In this document: piece after piece, positions 51,536 through 60,096 of the stretch
How the letters are laid out: the number at the start of each line of letters is the position of its first letter
Position numbering within the stretch: position 1 is the first letter of the stretch
Source: Thermoanaerobaculales bacterium
GTDB taxonomy: Bacteria > Acidobacteriota > Thermoanaerobaculia > Thermoanaerobaculales > Sulfomarinibacteraceae
Direction: 5' to 3'
Length of the DNA: 64,000 nt
Assembly: GCA_025456145.1 (NCBI GenBank)
Contig: JALOLD010000002.1
Span: 61,549-125,548, forward strand
Notes under the pieces: generated by a model
What the model was told of the DNA's origin: nothing
The model's input: the letters and a program-made list of their open reading frames with translations, nothing else
The model's database searches: none
Program-made: the position numbers and the translations under genes

Positions 51536-52521
51536 GCGACGCCGAGCTGGTGATCCGACCGTTCGAACCGGGCGACGAGACGACCGTCAACCGCGGCTTC
51601 AACGAGGCCTTCGGGCTCGAGCGCAGCCTCGACGAGTGGGCCTGGAAGTTCCCGCCGTCGGCTCCGGGCCGGCTCGTCATGCTCGCCGAGATCGGCGGCG
51701 AGCTCGTCGCCCACTACGCCGGGATGCCGCTGCGCTTTTCGATCGACGGCCGCGAGTGGAGCGCCGCCCAGATCGTCGATGTCTTCTCGACCCGTGCGGC
51801 GCGTCGCGGCTTCACCCGTAAAGGGGTCTGGGTGCGCACCGTCGAGGCCTTTTTCGACGCCTTCGGCCGGTCCGGCCGGGCGTCGCTGCTCTACGGCTTC
51901 CCGAGCCCGCGACCGCTCCGCCTCGGTGTGCTCCAGCTCGGCTACGACGCGGTCGAGCCGCAGCCCATCGTCTATCTGTCGCGGACGCCCGCCGCGGCGT
52001 CGGCGAGCCGCCGCCGTCACCTCTACCGGGCCGAGCTCGCCGCCGACTGGGAGCCGCGGCTCGACGCCCTGTGGCGACGGGTCCGCGCCGACTACCCGGT
52101 GGCGGCGGTGCGCGACGCCGACCGCGCCCTCCACCGCCTCGCCGGTCACCCGACGGTCCGCTATCACCGGTTCCTCATCCTGCCGCGGCTCGGCCGCGAG
52201 GCGGTGGCCTTCGTCGCCTTCCGCTGCGACGCCGGCCGCTGCCGCTGGGTCGACCTGCTCTGGGACCACCGCCACCCGGGCGCGCTCGAGCTCGTCAACC
52301 ACTTGTCGGGCGGCCTCGCCGCCCAGTGCGGCGCCGAGCTCGAGGAGCTGTGGCTCAACGGCGATCCGGCCGGCCAGGCGCGGCTCGAGGCGCGGGGCTT
52401 CGTCCGCAGCGAGGTTCCGGGTCAGGTGGTGATGGTGGCGCGCGCCTTCGACCCGGCGCTCGATGTTGCCGCCCTCGCCGGACGGGTCTACCTGACGATG
52501 GCGGACGCCGACCTGGTGTGA
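51532..52521 (+). CDS. GNAT-like acyl/acetyltransferase (329 aa)
   Basis: ATG overlaps the upstream stop (ATGA). The N-terminal IRPFEPGDETTVNRGFNEAF..VAHYAG pattern resembles GNAT-fold enzymes. The family call is tentative. Confidence 0.6.
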   Translation: MSDAELVIRPFEPGDETTVNRGFNEAFGLERSLDEWAWKFPPSAPGRLVMLAEIGGELVAHYAGMPLRFSIDGREWSAAQIVDVFSTRAARRGFTRKGVWVRTVEAFFDAFGRSGRASLLYGFPSPRPLRLGVLQLGYDAVEPQPIVYLSRTPAAASASRRRHLYRAELAADWEPRLDALWRRVRADYPVAAVRDADRALHRLAGHPTVRYHRFLILPRLGREAVAFVAFRCDAGRCRWVDLLWDHRHPGALELVNHLSGGLAAQCGAELEELWLNGDPAGQARLEARGFVRSEVPGQVVMVARAFDPALDVAALAGRVYLTMADADLV

Positions 52522-52560
52522 GCTCGCCCTCGCCGAGCGACGTCTGCTATCCTCCTGCCG

Positions 52561-52740
52561 ATGAACGACATCCCGCGTCCGGACCTGTCGGTTGTAGTCC
52601 CGGTCGACGAGGAGATCGGCTGCCTCGGGCCGCTCGCCGGGATTCGCGTCGAGCGCCACGACAGCGTCTGGAAGCGATTGTCCTCAGGCGTCGCCAGCTC
52701 CTCGATCGACCGGTTGACCCGCGAGGCCCGGGCCGGATGA
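52561..52740 (+). CDS. Candidate 59-aa ORF resembling the first ~20 residues of a GT2 enzyme (small protein or gene remnant)
   Basis: MNDIPRPDLSVVVPVDEEIGCL.... About 88% of codons end in G/C. Its TGA overlaps the ATG of the next gene (ATGA). Below the ORF-track length cut-off. No SD. Confidence 0.3.
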   Translation: MNDIPRPDLSVVVPVDEEIGCLGPLAGIRVERHDSVWKRLSSGVASSSIDRLTREARAG

Positions 52741-53207
52741 GCCGCCGTCCGCCGGTCGCGATGGTCGCCGCGACCCTTCTCGCGTGCCTGGTCAACACCG
52801 TGATCGCGGTCGGGCTGACGCGCCGGCTCGACGGGCCGCAGCCGTCCGCCCTCGAAGACCGCTATGGCGACCTCCGCCCCCGCCTCGCCGGGGTCGCGCG
52901 CGTGGCCTATGTCTCCGACGCCCGCTGGCGCTTTCTCGAGGCCCGCTACGCCCTCGTCCCGACCGTCCTCGACCCGCGCTTCGTCGAGATCGACGAAACG
53001 GCGCGGACCATCGCCGGCTTCCGGGTCGAGGCGATGGCCGAGGCCGCCGTGGACGGTCCGGCGCTCGTTGTGCTCTTCGACTTCGACCGCCGGGCCAGGC
53101 TCGACGCCCTTCTCCTCGAGCTCGAGGACGCGGCCCGGCGACGCGGGCTCGTGCTCCGGGTGGCCTTCACCGACGGTCGGGTGACCCTGCTCGAGATCGG
53201 CGGTTGA
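52737..53207 (+). CDS. Membrane-anchored hypothetical protein (156 aa)
   Basis: Single N-terminal TM (VAMVAATLLACLVNTVIAVGL). High third-position GC. No family recognised. Confidence 0.6.
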   Translation: MSRRPPVAMVAATLLACLVNTVIAVGLTRRLDGPQPSALEDRYGDLRPRLAGVARVAYVSDARWRFLEARYALVPTVLDPRFVEIDETARTIAGFRVEAMAEAAVDGPALVVLFDFDRRARLDALLLELEDAARRRGLVLRVAFTDGRVTLLEIGG

Positions 53208-53211
53208 GGGG

Positions 53212-54645
53212 GTGGACGTCTCCGTCCTCGTCGTCGTCGCGGTGCTCGGGGCTGGGATGGGGCTCGCCGACACGGTCGTCGGGCGGCGCGAGGCGAGCCG
53301 CGGCGAGCGGCTGCTCGCGGCGGCCGCGTGGGGCCCGGGGATGATCGCCGGGCTGCTGTCGCTGACCGCCTTCGCCAGCCTCGTCGTCGGTCTCGGTGCG
53401 GCCGGGCGGCCGACCCTGCTCGCCTCGGTCGCCGCCGCCGCGATCGGCGCCGCCGTGCTGCACAGGGTGCGGCCGGCCCACGGCCCGCCGGCGCCGCGAC
53501 CGGGGACGGGCGGCCACTGGACCACCGCGGCCGGCTGGCTGGTCCTCGCCGCGGTGACCCTCGGCGTCGGCTGGAGCTTCCTGCGGTGGCTGGCGCTGCG
53601 GCCCCTCGGCTCGTGGGACGGGATGGGCATCTGGACCTATCGGGCCCTCCAGTGGTTTCGCGCCGGCGATGCCTTCCCCGGAGTCCTCCGCCTGCTCGTC
53701 GAGAGCAAGCCGGGCTACCCGCTGCTGCTGCCCGGCCTGGTCGCCGCCGAGCTCACCCTGTGGGGCCGCGAGACGACGGTGATCCCGGTGGCCACCGGGG
53801 GGCTGTTCGTCGTCGGCGCCGCCGCCGCGACCGCCCTCGCGGTGTCCCGACGGGCGCCGGCCGCCCTCGCCCCGGCGGCCGCCGCGCTGCTGCTGTCGAC
53901 GCCGATGGTCTGGCAGTCTGCCTTCGCCCAGGGTGCCGATCTCGCCCTCGCCTCGCTCGCGGTCGTCGCGGCTCTCGGCCTGGCCGATCTCGTCGACCGC
54001 GGTCGGTCGGGGGCGCCGGCGCCGGCCTGGCTGGTCGGTCTCGTGCTCGGTCTCATGGTCTGGACCAAGGACGAGGGGGCGATCCTCGCGACGCTCCTGG
54101 CCGGGACCGCGGTTGTGGTGTCGCGGGTCGCCCGGCGGCCCCTCGGGCCCTCGGGTTGGCTCGGTATCGGCGCCGGAGCCGCGCCCGGGATCGTCGCGAC
54201 CGCGGTGCTCAAGACGAGCTGGACGACCGGCGGCGAGGTCGGGCGCTACCTCGTCCCCGAGCTCTGGTCGCGGCTCGCCGACCCGTCGCGCTGGCAGACC
54301 GTCGCGTCGGCCTTCGCGGCGCGGCTCGTGCCGGGGAGCGGCGAGGCGCTGTGGGGCGCCACGGTGGTGCTCCTGGTCGGGCTCGCGGCGGTCGCGCTCG
54401 CCCGACGTCCCGCGCCCGCAGCCGCGGTCGCCGCGGCTCTGTTCGGCCTGCCGGTGGTCCTCGCCCTCGCGGCCGACGCCGCGATCTACCTGATCACCCC
54501 GGACCCCCTCGAGTGGCACCTCCGGACCTCGCTCGACCGGCTCGGGCTCCAGCTGCTGCCGCTCGCGATCGTGGCGGTGATGGTCGCCCTCGGCGACGAG
54601 GACCAGGACCGCGCTGCGGCGCCAGCGCCATCCGGGGTACGATGA
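53212..54645 (+). CDS. Large polytopic membrane protein, GT-C glycosyltransferase / O-antigen-ligase-like (unresolved)
   Basis: 477 aa with more than 10 TM helices. Lies within the glycan gene cluster. GTG start 4 nt after the previous stop. Confidence 0.6.
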   Translation: MDVSVLVVVAVLGAGMGLADTVVGRREASRGERLLAAAAWGPGMIAGLLSLTAFASLVVGLGAAGRPTLLASVAAAAIGAAVLHRVRPAHGPPAPRPGTGGHWTTAAGWLVLAAVTLGVGWSFLRWLALRPLGSWDGMGIWTYRALQWFRAGDAFPGVLRLLVESKPGYPLLLPGLVAAELTLWGRETTVIPVATGGLFVVGAAAATALAVSRRAPAALAPAAAALLLSTPMVWQSAFAQGADLALASLAVVAALGLADLVDRGRSGAPAPAWLVGLVLGLMVWTKDEGAILATLLAGTAVVVSRVARRPLGPSGWLGIGAGAAPGIVATAVLKTSWTTGGEVGRYLVPELWSRLADPSRWQTVASAFAARLVPGSGEALWGATVVLLVGLAAVALARRPAPAAAVAAALFGLPVVLALAADAAIYLITPDPLEWHLRTSLDRLGLQLLPLAIVAVMVALGDEDQDRAAAPAPSGVR

Positions 54646-54649
54646 TCGG

Positions 54650-55165
54650 GTGCCCGCACGAAGCGCGACGCCGTCGGTCGTCGTCGACCACCCGCTGACC
54701 CTGACCGCCTTCCACGAAGCCGGCCACGCGGTCATGGCCGAGCTCTGCGGTCAGAGGGTCACCGAGGTCGAGATCGTCGGCGACGACGAGCTCACCGGGA
54801 GCGTCCGTTCGCTGCGCTTCGTCGAGGAGGACCCGGCGGTCGTCGACCCGCACCTGCCGACCGCGCCGGCCGAGCGCCGGCTGCTGTGCACGGTGGCCGG
54901 GCTGGTCGCCGAGGCGATGGTCAGCGGCCGTGACGGCTGGGACTCGAGCAGCGAGGACCTCGACGCGGCGGTCGGGCTCGCGCTCCGGGTGGTCGGCGAC
55001 TGCGAGCGCGTGCTGCCCTTCCTCGAGCAGGTCCGCGACCACGCCGAGGATCTGCTGCGGCGCAGCTGGCCGGCGGTCGAGACCGTCGCGGCGGAGCTCG
55101 TCGCGCGGCGGCGGCTGACCGGCGACGAGGTCCGGCGGCTGCTCGGCCCGCATCTGCCGGGCTGA
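54650..55165 (+). CDS. Stand-alone HEXXH metallopeptidase-like protein (FtsH/M41-type motif)
   Basis: 171 aa. TAFHEAGHAVMAELCG matches the M41 zinc site A-x-H-E-x-G-H-A. No AAA domain and no TM segment. Confidence 0.6.
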   Translation: MPARSATPSVVVDHPLTLTAFHEAGHAVMAELCGQRVTEVEIVGDDELTGSVRSLRFVEEDPAVVDPHLPTAPAERRLLCTVAGLVAEAMVSGRDGWDSSSEDLDAAVGLALRVVGDCERVLPFLEQVRDHAEDLLRRSWPAVETVAAELVARRRLTGDEVRRLLGPHLPG

Positions 55166-55167
55166 GG

Positions 55168-56334
55168 TCAGAGCACCGCGCGAAGCGCCTCGAGGATCGC
55201 CGCGATCCCGCGCCGCCAGACCTCCTCGGGGGTGAGCAGGCTGAGCACCAGCGTGCCCTCGTGGGGCAGGTCGAAGAGATAGCCGGGCTGGACCGCGACG
55301 CCCCGTTGCTCGAGCAGGTCGAGGGCGAAGGTCTCGTCGTCGACCACCGCCGGGAGGCGGAGCAGCGCGCTCCAGCCCCCGCCCACCGGCGGCACCGTCA
55401 CCGCCGGGAGGCCGGCCGCGGCGAGGCGCAGCGTCGCCAGGTTGGCCCGGCAGCGCTCGCCGATCGCCCGGCGAACCGGCAGCGCCGCGGTCATCAGCCG
55501 CGGCGCGGCGAGGGCGACCGGCGTGCTCACCGAGAGGTAGGCGTCGGCGATGTGGTCGAGGCGGTCGAGGGCGACCGAAACGAAGGCCGCCGGGCCCCCC
55601 GCGACGATCCAGGCGAGCTTGAGCTGGGGCAGGCCGAGGCTCTTGGACAGCCCGCCGAGGGTGAAGCTGGGACAGTCGGTCTCACCGGCGAAGCTCATCG
55701 CCGACCCGGGGCCGCCGTCGAGCGGGTAGGGGAGGAAGACCTCGTCGGCGACCAGCGCCCAGCCGCGCTCGCGGCACAGGCTCCGGACCGCCGCGGCGTC
55801 GTCGGGGTGGATATGGCTGCCGGTCGGGTTGTTGGGGTGGACGAGCACGACCGCCCGGGTGCGCTCGGGGGCGGCCGCGAGCGCCTGGAGGTCGGGACGC
55901 CAGCCGTCGTCGGGGTCGAGGGCGAAGGGCAGGACCGCGATGCCGTCGAGCCGGCCGAGCTGGTCGAGGAGCGGGTACGACGGGGTCGGGACGAGGACCG
56001 CGTCGCCGGGGTCGCAGAGAAGCTTGATGAGCACCGAGTAGGCCTCGGAGGTCGAGGCCGTCAGCACCACCGCCTCGGGGTCGACGGCGACGCCCCACTC
56101 CCGGTAGAAGGCGGCGACCGCGCGGCGCGTCGCGGCCGGGCCGCGGGGGTCGGGCCGGTAGAGGAGACCGGCCGGATCGGCGAGGGGGGCGAGCAGGTCG
56201 TCGGGGTAGGGTAGGCCGCACGCGGTGGGGTTGGTGACGGTGAGGTCGAGCTCGGGACGGCCGAGCCGCGCGCGGGCCGCGGCGAGCCGGCTCGGCCCGA
56301 GATCGCGCGGGACGCGACGGGAGAAGCCGGTCAA
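55168..56334 (-). CDS. Class I/II PLP-dependent aminotransferase
   Basis: FSRRVPRDLGPSRLAAA...DLTVTNPT, HPNNPTGS, and GGLSKSLGLPQLKLAW (PLP lysine). The TTG start overlaps the upstream stop (TTGA). Confidence 0.85.
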   Translation of the reverse strand: MTGFSRRVPRDLGPSRLAAARARLGRPELDLTVTNPTACGLPYPDDLLAPLADPAGLLYRPDPRGPAATRRAVAAFYREWGVAVDPEAVVLTASTSEAYSVLIKLLCDPGDAVLVPTPSYPLLDQLGRLDGIAVLPFALDPDDGWRPDLQALAAAPERTRAVVLVHPNNPTGSHIHPDDAAAVRSLCRERGWALVADEVFLPYPLDGGPGSAMSFAGETDCPSFTLGGLSKSLGLPQLKLAWIVAGGPAAFVSVALDRLDHIADAYLSVSTPVALAAPRLMTAALPVRRAIGERCRANLATLRLAAAGLPAVTVPPVGGGWSALLRLPAVVDDETFALDLLEQRGVAVQPGYLFDLPHEGTLVLSLLTPEEVWRRGIAAILEALRAVL

Positions 56335-57038
56335 AGCCCGAGGAAGAGGATCGCCAACCCCGAGGCGGCGATGACCGATCCGGCGAGGGTGTGCGACCAG
56401 CGCTCGAGACGGCCGAGCCGCAGCTGCCGGGCGCCGGACAACGCCGCGGCGGTCAGACCGACCATGGTCGCCAGGGTGACGAGAGTGAAGACCACCGCCG
56501 TCGCCGCCGCCAGGGCCCAGTCGCCGCGACTCGCCGGCAGCACGAAGAGCGGGATGAGCGGCTCGCACGGGCCGAGGACGAAGACCAGGAAGAGCGCCCA
56601 GAAGGTCAGGTTCGACCCCATGCCGTGCTCGTGGTGGTGCTCGGCGCCGCCTTGGGTGTGGAGGTGGACGTCGCCGTGGTGGGTGTGGGTCTCGATGCCC
56701 TTGGCGTTGCGCAGCGCCTGCCGGATGCCCCACACCGCATAGGCCATGCCGAGGGCGACGAGCGCCCAGGCGGCGAGGTCGCCGCGCCCACCCTCGACGC
56801 CCTCGATCCTGGCGACCGCCACCCCGAAGATCACGCCGAGCCCCCCGAGCAGCACCGACGAGGCGACGTGGCCGAGACCGCAAATCGTTGTCACAACGAG
56901 AGTTCTCGTCAAGGACCAGGCGCGGGCCCGGGCCAGGACGATGAACGGCAGGTAGTGGTCCGGCCCGAGGACGGTGTGCAGGAACGCCACCCCGGCGGCG
57001 GCGGCCAGAACGCTCAGGCTGAATCCGGTCAGCTCCAC
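56331..57038 (-). CDS. NicO/RcnA/UreH-like nickel-cobalt transporter family membrane protein
   Basis: 235 aa. FLHTVLGPDH signature and a His-rich loop HTHHGDVHLHTQGGAEHHHEHG between TM bundles. Confidence 0.78.
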   Translation of the reverse strand: MELTGFSLSVLAAAAGVAFLHTVLGPDHYLPFIVLARARAWSLTRTLVVTTICGLGHVASSVLLGGLGVIFGVAVARIEGVEGGRGDLAAWALVALGMAYAVWGIRQALRNAKGIETHTHHGDVHLHTQGGAEHHHEHGMGSNLTFWALFLVFVLGPCEPLIPLFVLPASRGDWALAAATAVVFTLVTLATMVGLTAAALSGARQLRLGRLERWSHTLAGSVIAASGLAILFLGL

Positions 57039-57144
57039 GGTCTCCCCTCCAGTCGCAGCGATCCTCAGGATACCCCGCCGTCGCCCCGGCGTACAAGCTC
57101 GACGGGGAGGCGGTGCGCGGCCGTGAAACGGCTACAATCCCGTC

Positions 57145-60012
57145 ATGTCCGCCGAGCTGACGCCGCGGCAACGCCGAGCCCTCGAGGCGACGGGCTGCGA
57201 CCTCCGGTTCGACGTCCTGACCCGGGTCCTCTACTCGACCGACGCCTCGATCTACAAGGTCGAGCCACAGGTGGTGGCCTTCCCCTCGTCGGGGTCCGAG
57301 ACCGGCCGGCTGCTCGCGGCGGCGGCCGACGCCGACTGCGAGATCACGCCGCGCGGCGCCGGAACGGGGCTCGCCGGCGGGGCGCTCGGGGCCGGGCTGA
57401 TCGTCGATCTGGCCCGGCGAAACCGCGAGATCGGCGAGCTCGACCTCGAGCGGCGGGTGGTCCGGGTCGATCCGGGCGTGGTGCTCGACCGGCTCAACGC
57501 CTTTCTCCGAAAGCACCGTCTCTGGTTTGGCCCGGATGTTGCGACCGCCTCCCGCGCCACCCTCGGCGGGATGATCGCCAACAACTCGTCGGGGGCCCAC
57601 GCGCCGGTCTACGGCACCACCGCCGACCACGTCGTCGCCCTCGAGCTCGCCCTCGCCGACGGCCGGGTGGCCTGGGTCGGCCGCGACCGCGACGGCTTAG
57701 CCGGTCTGCGCGACGAGGTTGACACGCTGGTCGCCGGCCACGCCGATGAGATCGCCCGGCGGCTGCCCGGCGGGATGGCCAAGCGATGGCCCGGCTACGG
57801 CTTCGACCGGGCCCTTGCCGCGCCCGGCGACCTGGGCCGGATCGTGGCGGGCTCCGAGGGTACCCTGGCGGCGATCACCGGCGCGCTGCTCGCGGTCGTC
57901 CCGCGGCCCGAGCGGCGTGGCCTCGGCGTGCTCTTCTTCGGATCGGTGGCCGAGGCGATGGCGGCCGCGGTCGAGGTCGCCCGGCTCGAGCCGGCGGCGG
58001 TCGAGCACCTCGACCGCGTGCTGCTCGACCAGACCAGGGGCCAGCGCCCCTTCGCCGCGGCCCGCGAGCTCCTCGACCTCGACCGCCGACCGGCCGAGGC
58101 GGTGCTCCTCGTCGAGCTCTTCGACGAGATCGAGGAAGGGCTCGCGGCCCTCGACGGCGCCGGCCTGGGCGACCGTCGCCTGCTGCTTGACGACCCGGCG
58201 GAGCAGGAGCTGGTGTGGCAGCTCCGGCGGGCCGGGCTGTCGCTGCTCACCGGCCGCGCCGGGCCGGCCAAGCCGACCGCCTGTATCGAGGACGTCTGCG
58301 TCCGCCCGGATCGTCTGCCGGCCTATGTCGAGTCGCTGCGCGCCCTGCTCGAGCCGCTCGGGCTCGAGGCCTCGTTCTACGGGCACGCCGCGTCGGGCGA
58401 GCTCCACGTCCGTCCGGTGCTCGACCTCCACGAGCCGGGCGATCTCGTCAAGCTGCGGAGGATCGCCGACGAGGTCTCCGCGCTGTGCCGCTCGTTCGAC
58501 GGCTCGATCGCGGCCGAGCACGGCGTCGGGATCGCCCGCACCGAGGTCCTCGAGGCGCACATCGGTCCCGAGCTGAGCGAGGCGTCGCGTCGGCTCAAGC
58601 GGCTGTTCGACCCGCGAGGGCTGATGAACCCGGGCAAGATCGTCGACACCGGCCGCTACCGGATCGACGCCGACCTCCGTCTCGGCGCCGGGTCGACCCT
58701 GGCCCCCGAGCTGGCCGGCGAGCTCGGCTTCGTCGACCGCGACCGCAGCTTCGTCGCCAATCTCGAGCAGTGCAACGGCTGCGGCGGGTGCCTCAAGGCG
58801 ACGCCGACCATGTGCCCGACCTTCATCGCCACCGGCGACGAGGCGATGTCGACTCGCGGGCGGGCCAACGTCGTCCGGGCCGCCCTCGAGGGCCGCTTCG
58901 GCGCCGACTGGACCGTCTCGGTCGAGCTCGACGAGGTGCTCGGGAGCTGTCTGGCGTGCAAGGCCTGCCGTACCGAGTGCCCGTCCAACGTCGACCTGGC
59001 GGCGCTCAAGGCCGAGCTCGTCGCGACCCGGCAGGCCCGTCGCGGAGCGTCGCTGCTCGACCGCCTGATCGCCAACGCCGACCGGCTCGGCCGCCTCGGC
59101 ACGGCGGCGCCCTGGCTGGCCAACCGGATGCTGACCCTGCGGCCGCTCCGGCGGGCGATCGAGCGACGGCTCGGGCTCGCCGCCGACGCGCCGCTGCCGC
59201 CCTACGACCGACGCCGCTTCGACCGCTGGTTCACCGCCCGGGGGCCGGTGGGACCGGTCGGTCGGCGGGGCCGGGTGCTGCTCTGGGACGACACCTGGAC
59301 CCGCTACCACGAGACGCGGGTCGGCCGCGCCGCGGTCGCGGTGCTCGAGGCCCTCGGCTTCGAGGTCGGTCTCGTCGAGGGGCGGAGGTGCTGCGGGCGG
59401 CCGGCGGCGAGCCGTGGGCTGCTCGGCGAGGTCCGCCGTCTCGGCGAGCACAACCTCCGGCTGCTCTCGAGGACCTCCGGCCCGATCGTCTTCCTCGAGC
59501 CGTCGTGCCACTCGGTCTTCGTCGACGAGTACCGCCAGCTCGGGCTGGCCGGCGCCGCCGAGACGGCGGCGCGCTGTGCGCTGATCGAGGACCTGGTGAG
59601 CGAGGCGGTCGACCGCGACGGACCGGCGACGGTCTTCGACCGGCAAGCCGCGCCGGCCACGGTCGGCGTCCACGGCCACTGTCACGCCAAGGCGCTGACC
59701 GGTGGGGCCGGGGCCGCCGGGCTGCTGCGCCGGATCCCGGGGCTGGAGGTCCGCGAGCTCGATGCCGGCTGCTGCGGGATGGCCGGCGCCTTCGGGATGC
59801 TGGCCGCGAACCGCGAGCTGTCGCGGGCGGTCGCCCGGCCGCTCGTCGAGGCGGTCGCCGGCTTGCCGGCGGGCGCCGTCGTCGCGGCGGCCGGGACGAG
59901 CTGCCGCCACCAGATCCACCGGCTCACCGGGGTCGAGGCGCTCCACCCGATCGAGCTCGCCGCCCGGCGCCTCGGCGGCGGGCGAGAACCATTCCGGGGG
60001 GATGACGTTTGA
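57145..60012 (+). CDS. FAD-binding + Fe-S + CCG-domain oxidoreductase (YdiJ / GlcD-GlcF fusion-like)
   Basis: 955 aa. PCMH-type FAD domain (PRGAGTGLAGGA), Fe-S motifs CNGCGGCLKATPTMCP and CLACKACRTECP, and Cys-rich C-terminal CCG-type repeats. Confidence 0.88.
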   Translation: MSAELTPRQRRALEATGCDLRFDVLTRVLYSTDASIYKVEPQVVAFPSSGSETGRLLAAAADADCEITPRGAGTGLAGGALGAGLIVDLARRNREIGELDLERRVVRVDPGVVLDRLNAFLRKHRLWFGPDVATASRATLGGMIANNSSGAHAPVYGTTADHVVALELALADGRVAWVGRDRDGLAGLRDEVDTLVAGHADEIARRLPGGMAKRWPGYGFDRALAAPGDLGRIVAGSEGTLAAITGALLAVVPRPERRGLGVLFFGSVAEAMAAAVEVARLEPAAVEHLDRVLLDQTRGQRPFAAARELLDLDRRPAEAVLLVELFDEIEEGLAALDGAGLGDRRLLLDDPAEQELVWQLRRAGLSLLTGRAGPAKPTACIEDVCVRPDRLPAYVESLRALLEPLGLEASFYGHAASGELHVRPVLDLHEPGDLVKLRRIADEVSALCRSFDGSIAAEHGVGIARTEVLEAHIGPELSEASRRLKRLFDPRGLMNPGKIVDTGRYRIDADLRLGAGSTLAPELAGELGFVDRDRSFVANLEQCNGCGGCLKATPTMCPTFIATGDEAMSTRGRANVVRAALEGRFGADWTVSVELDEVLGSCLACKACRTECPSNVDLAALKAELVATRQARRGASLLDRLIANADRLGRLGTAAPWLANRMLTLRPLRRAIERRLGLAADAPLPPYDRRRFDRWFTARGPVGPVGRRGRVLLWDDTWTRYHETRVGRAAVAVLEALGFEVGLVEGRRCCGRPAASRGLLGEVRRLGEHNLRLLSRTSGPIVFLEPSCHSVFVDEYRQLGLAGAAETAARCALIEDLVSEAVDRDGPATVFDRQAAPATVGVHGHCHAKALTGGAGAAGLLRRIPGLEVRELDAGCCGMAGAFGMLAANRELSRAVARPLVEAVAGLPAGAVVAAAGTSCRHQIHRLTGVEALHPIELAARRLGGGREPFRGDDV

Positions 60013-60096
60013 CAGGGTAGCCGGCGGCAGGGCCGGCGCTCGAGACCGGGGCCCACCGATCGGTCTACAATCACCGAGGCGCCCCGAGGAGGACCG

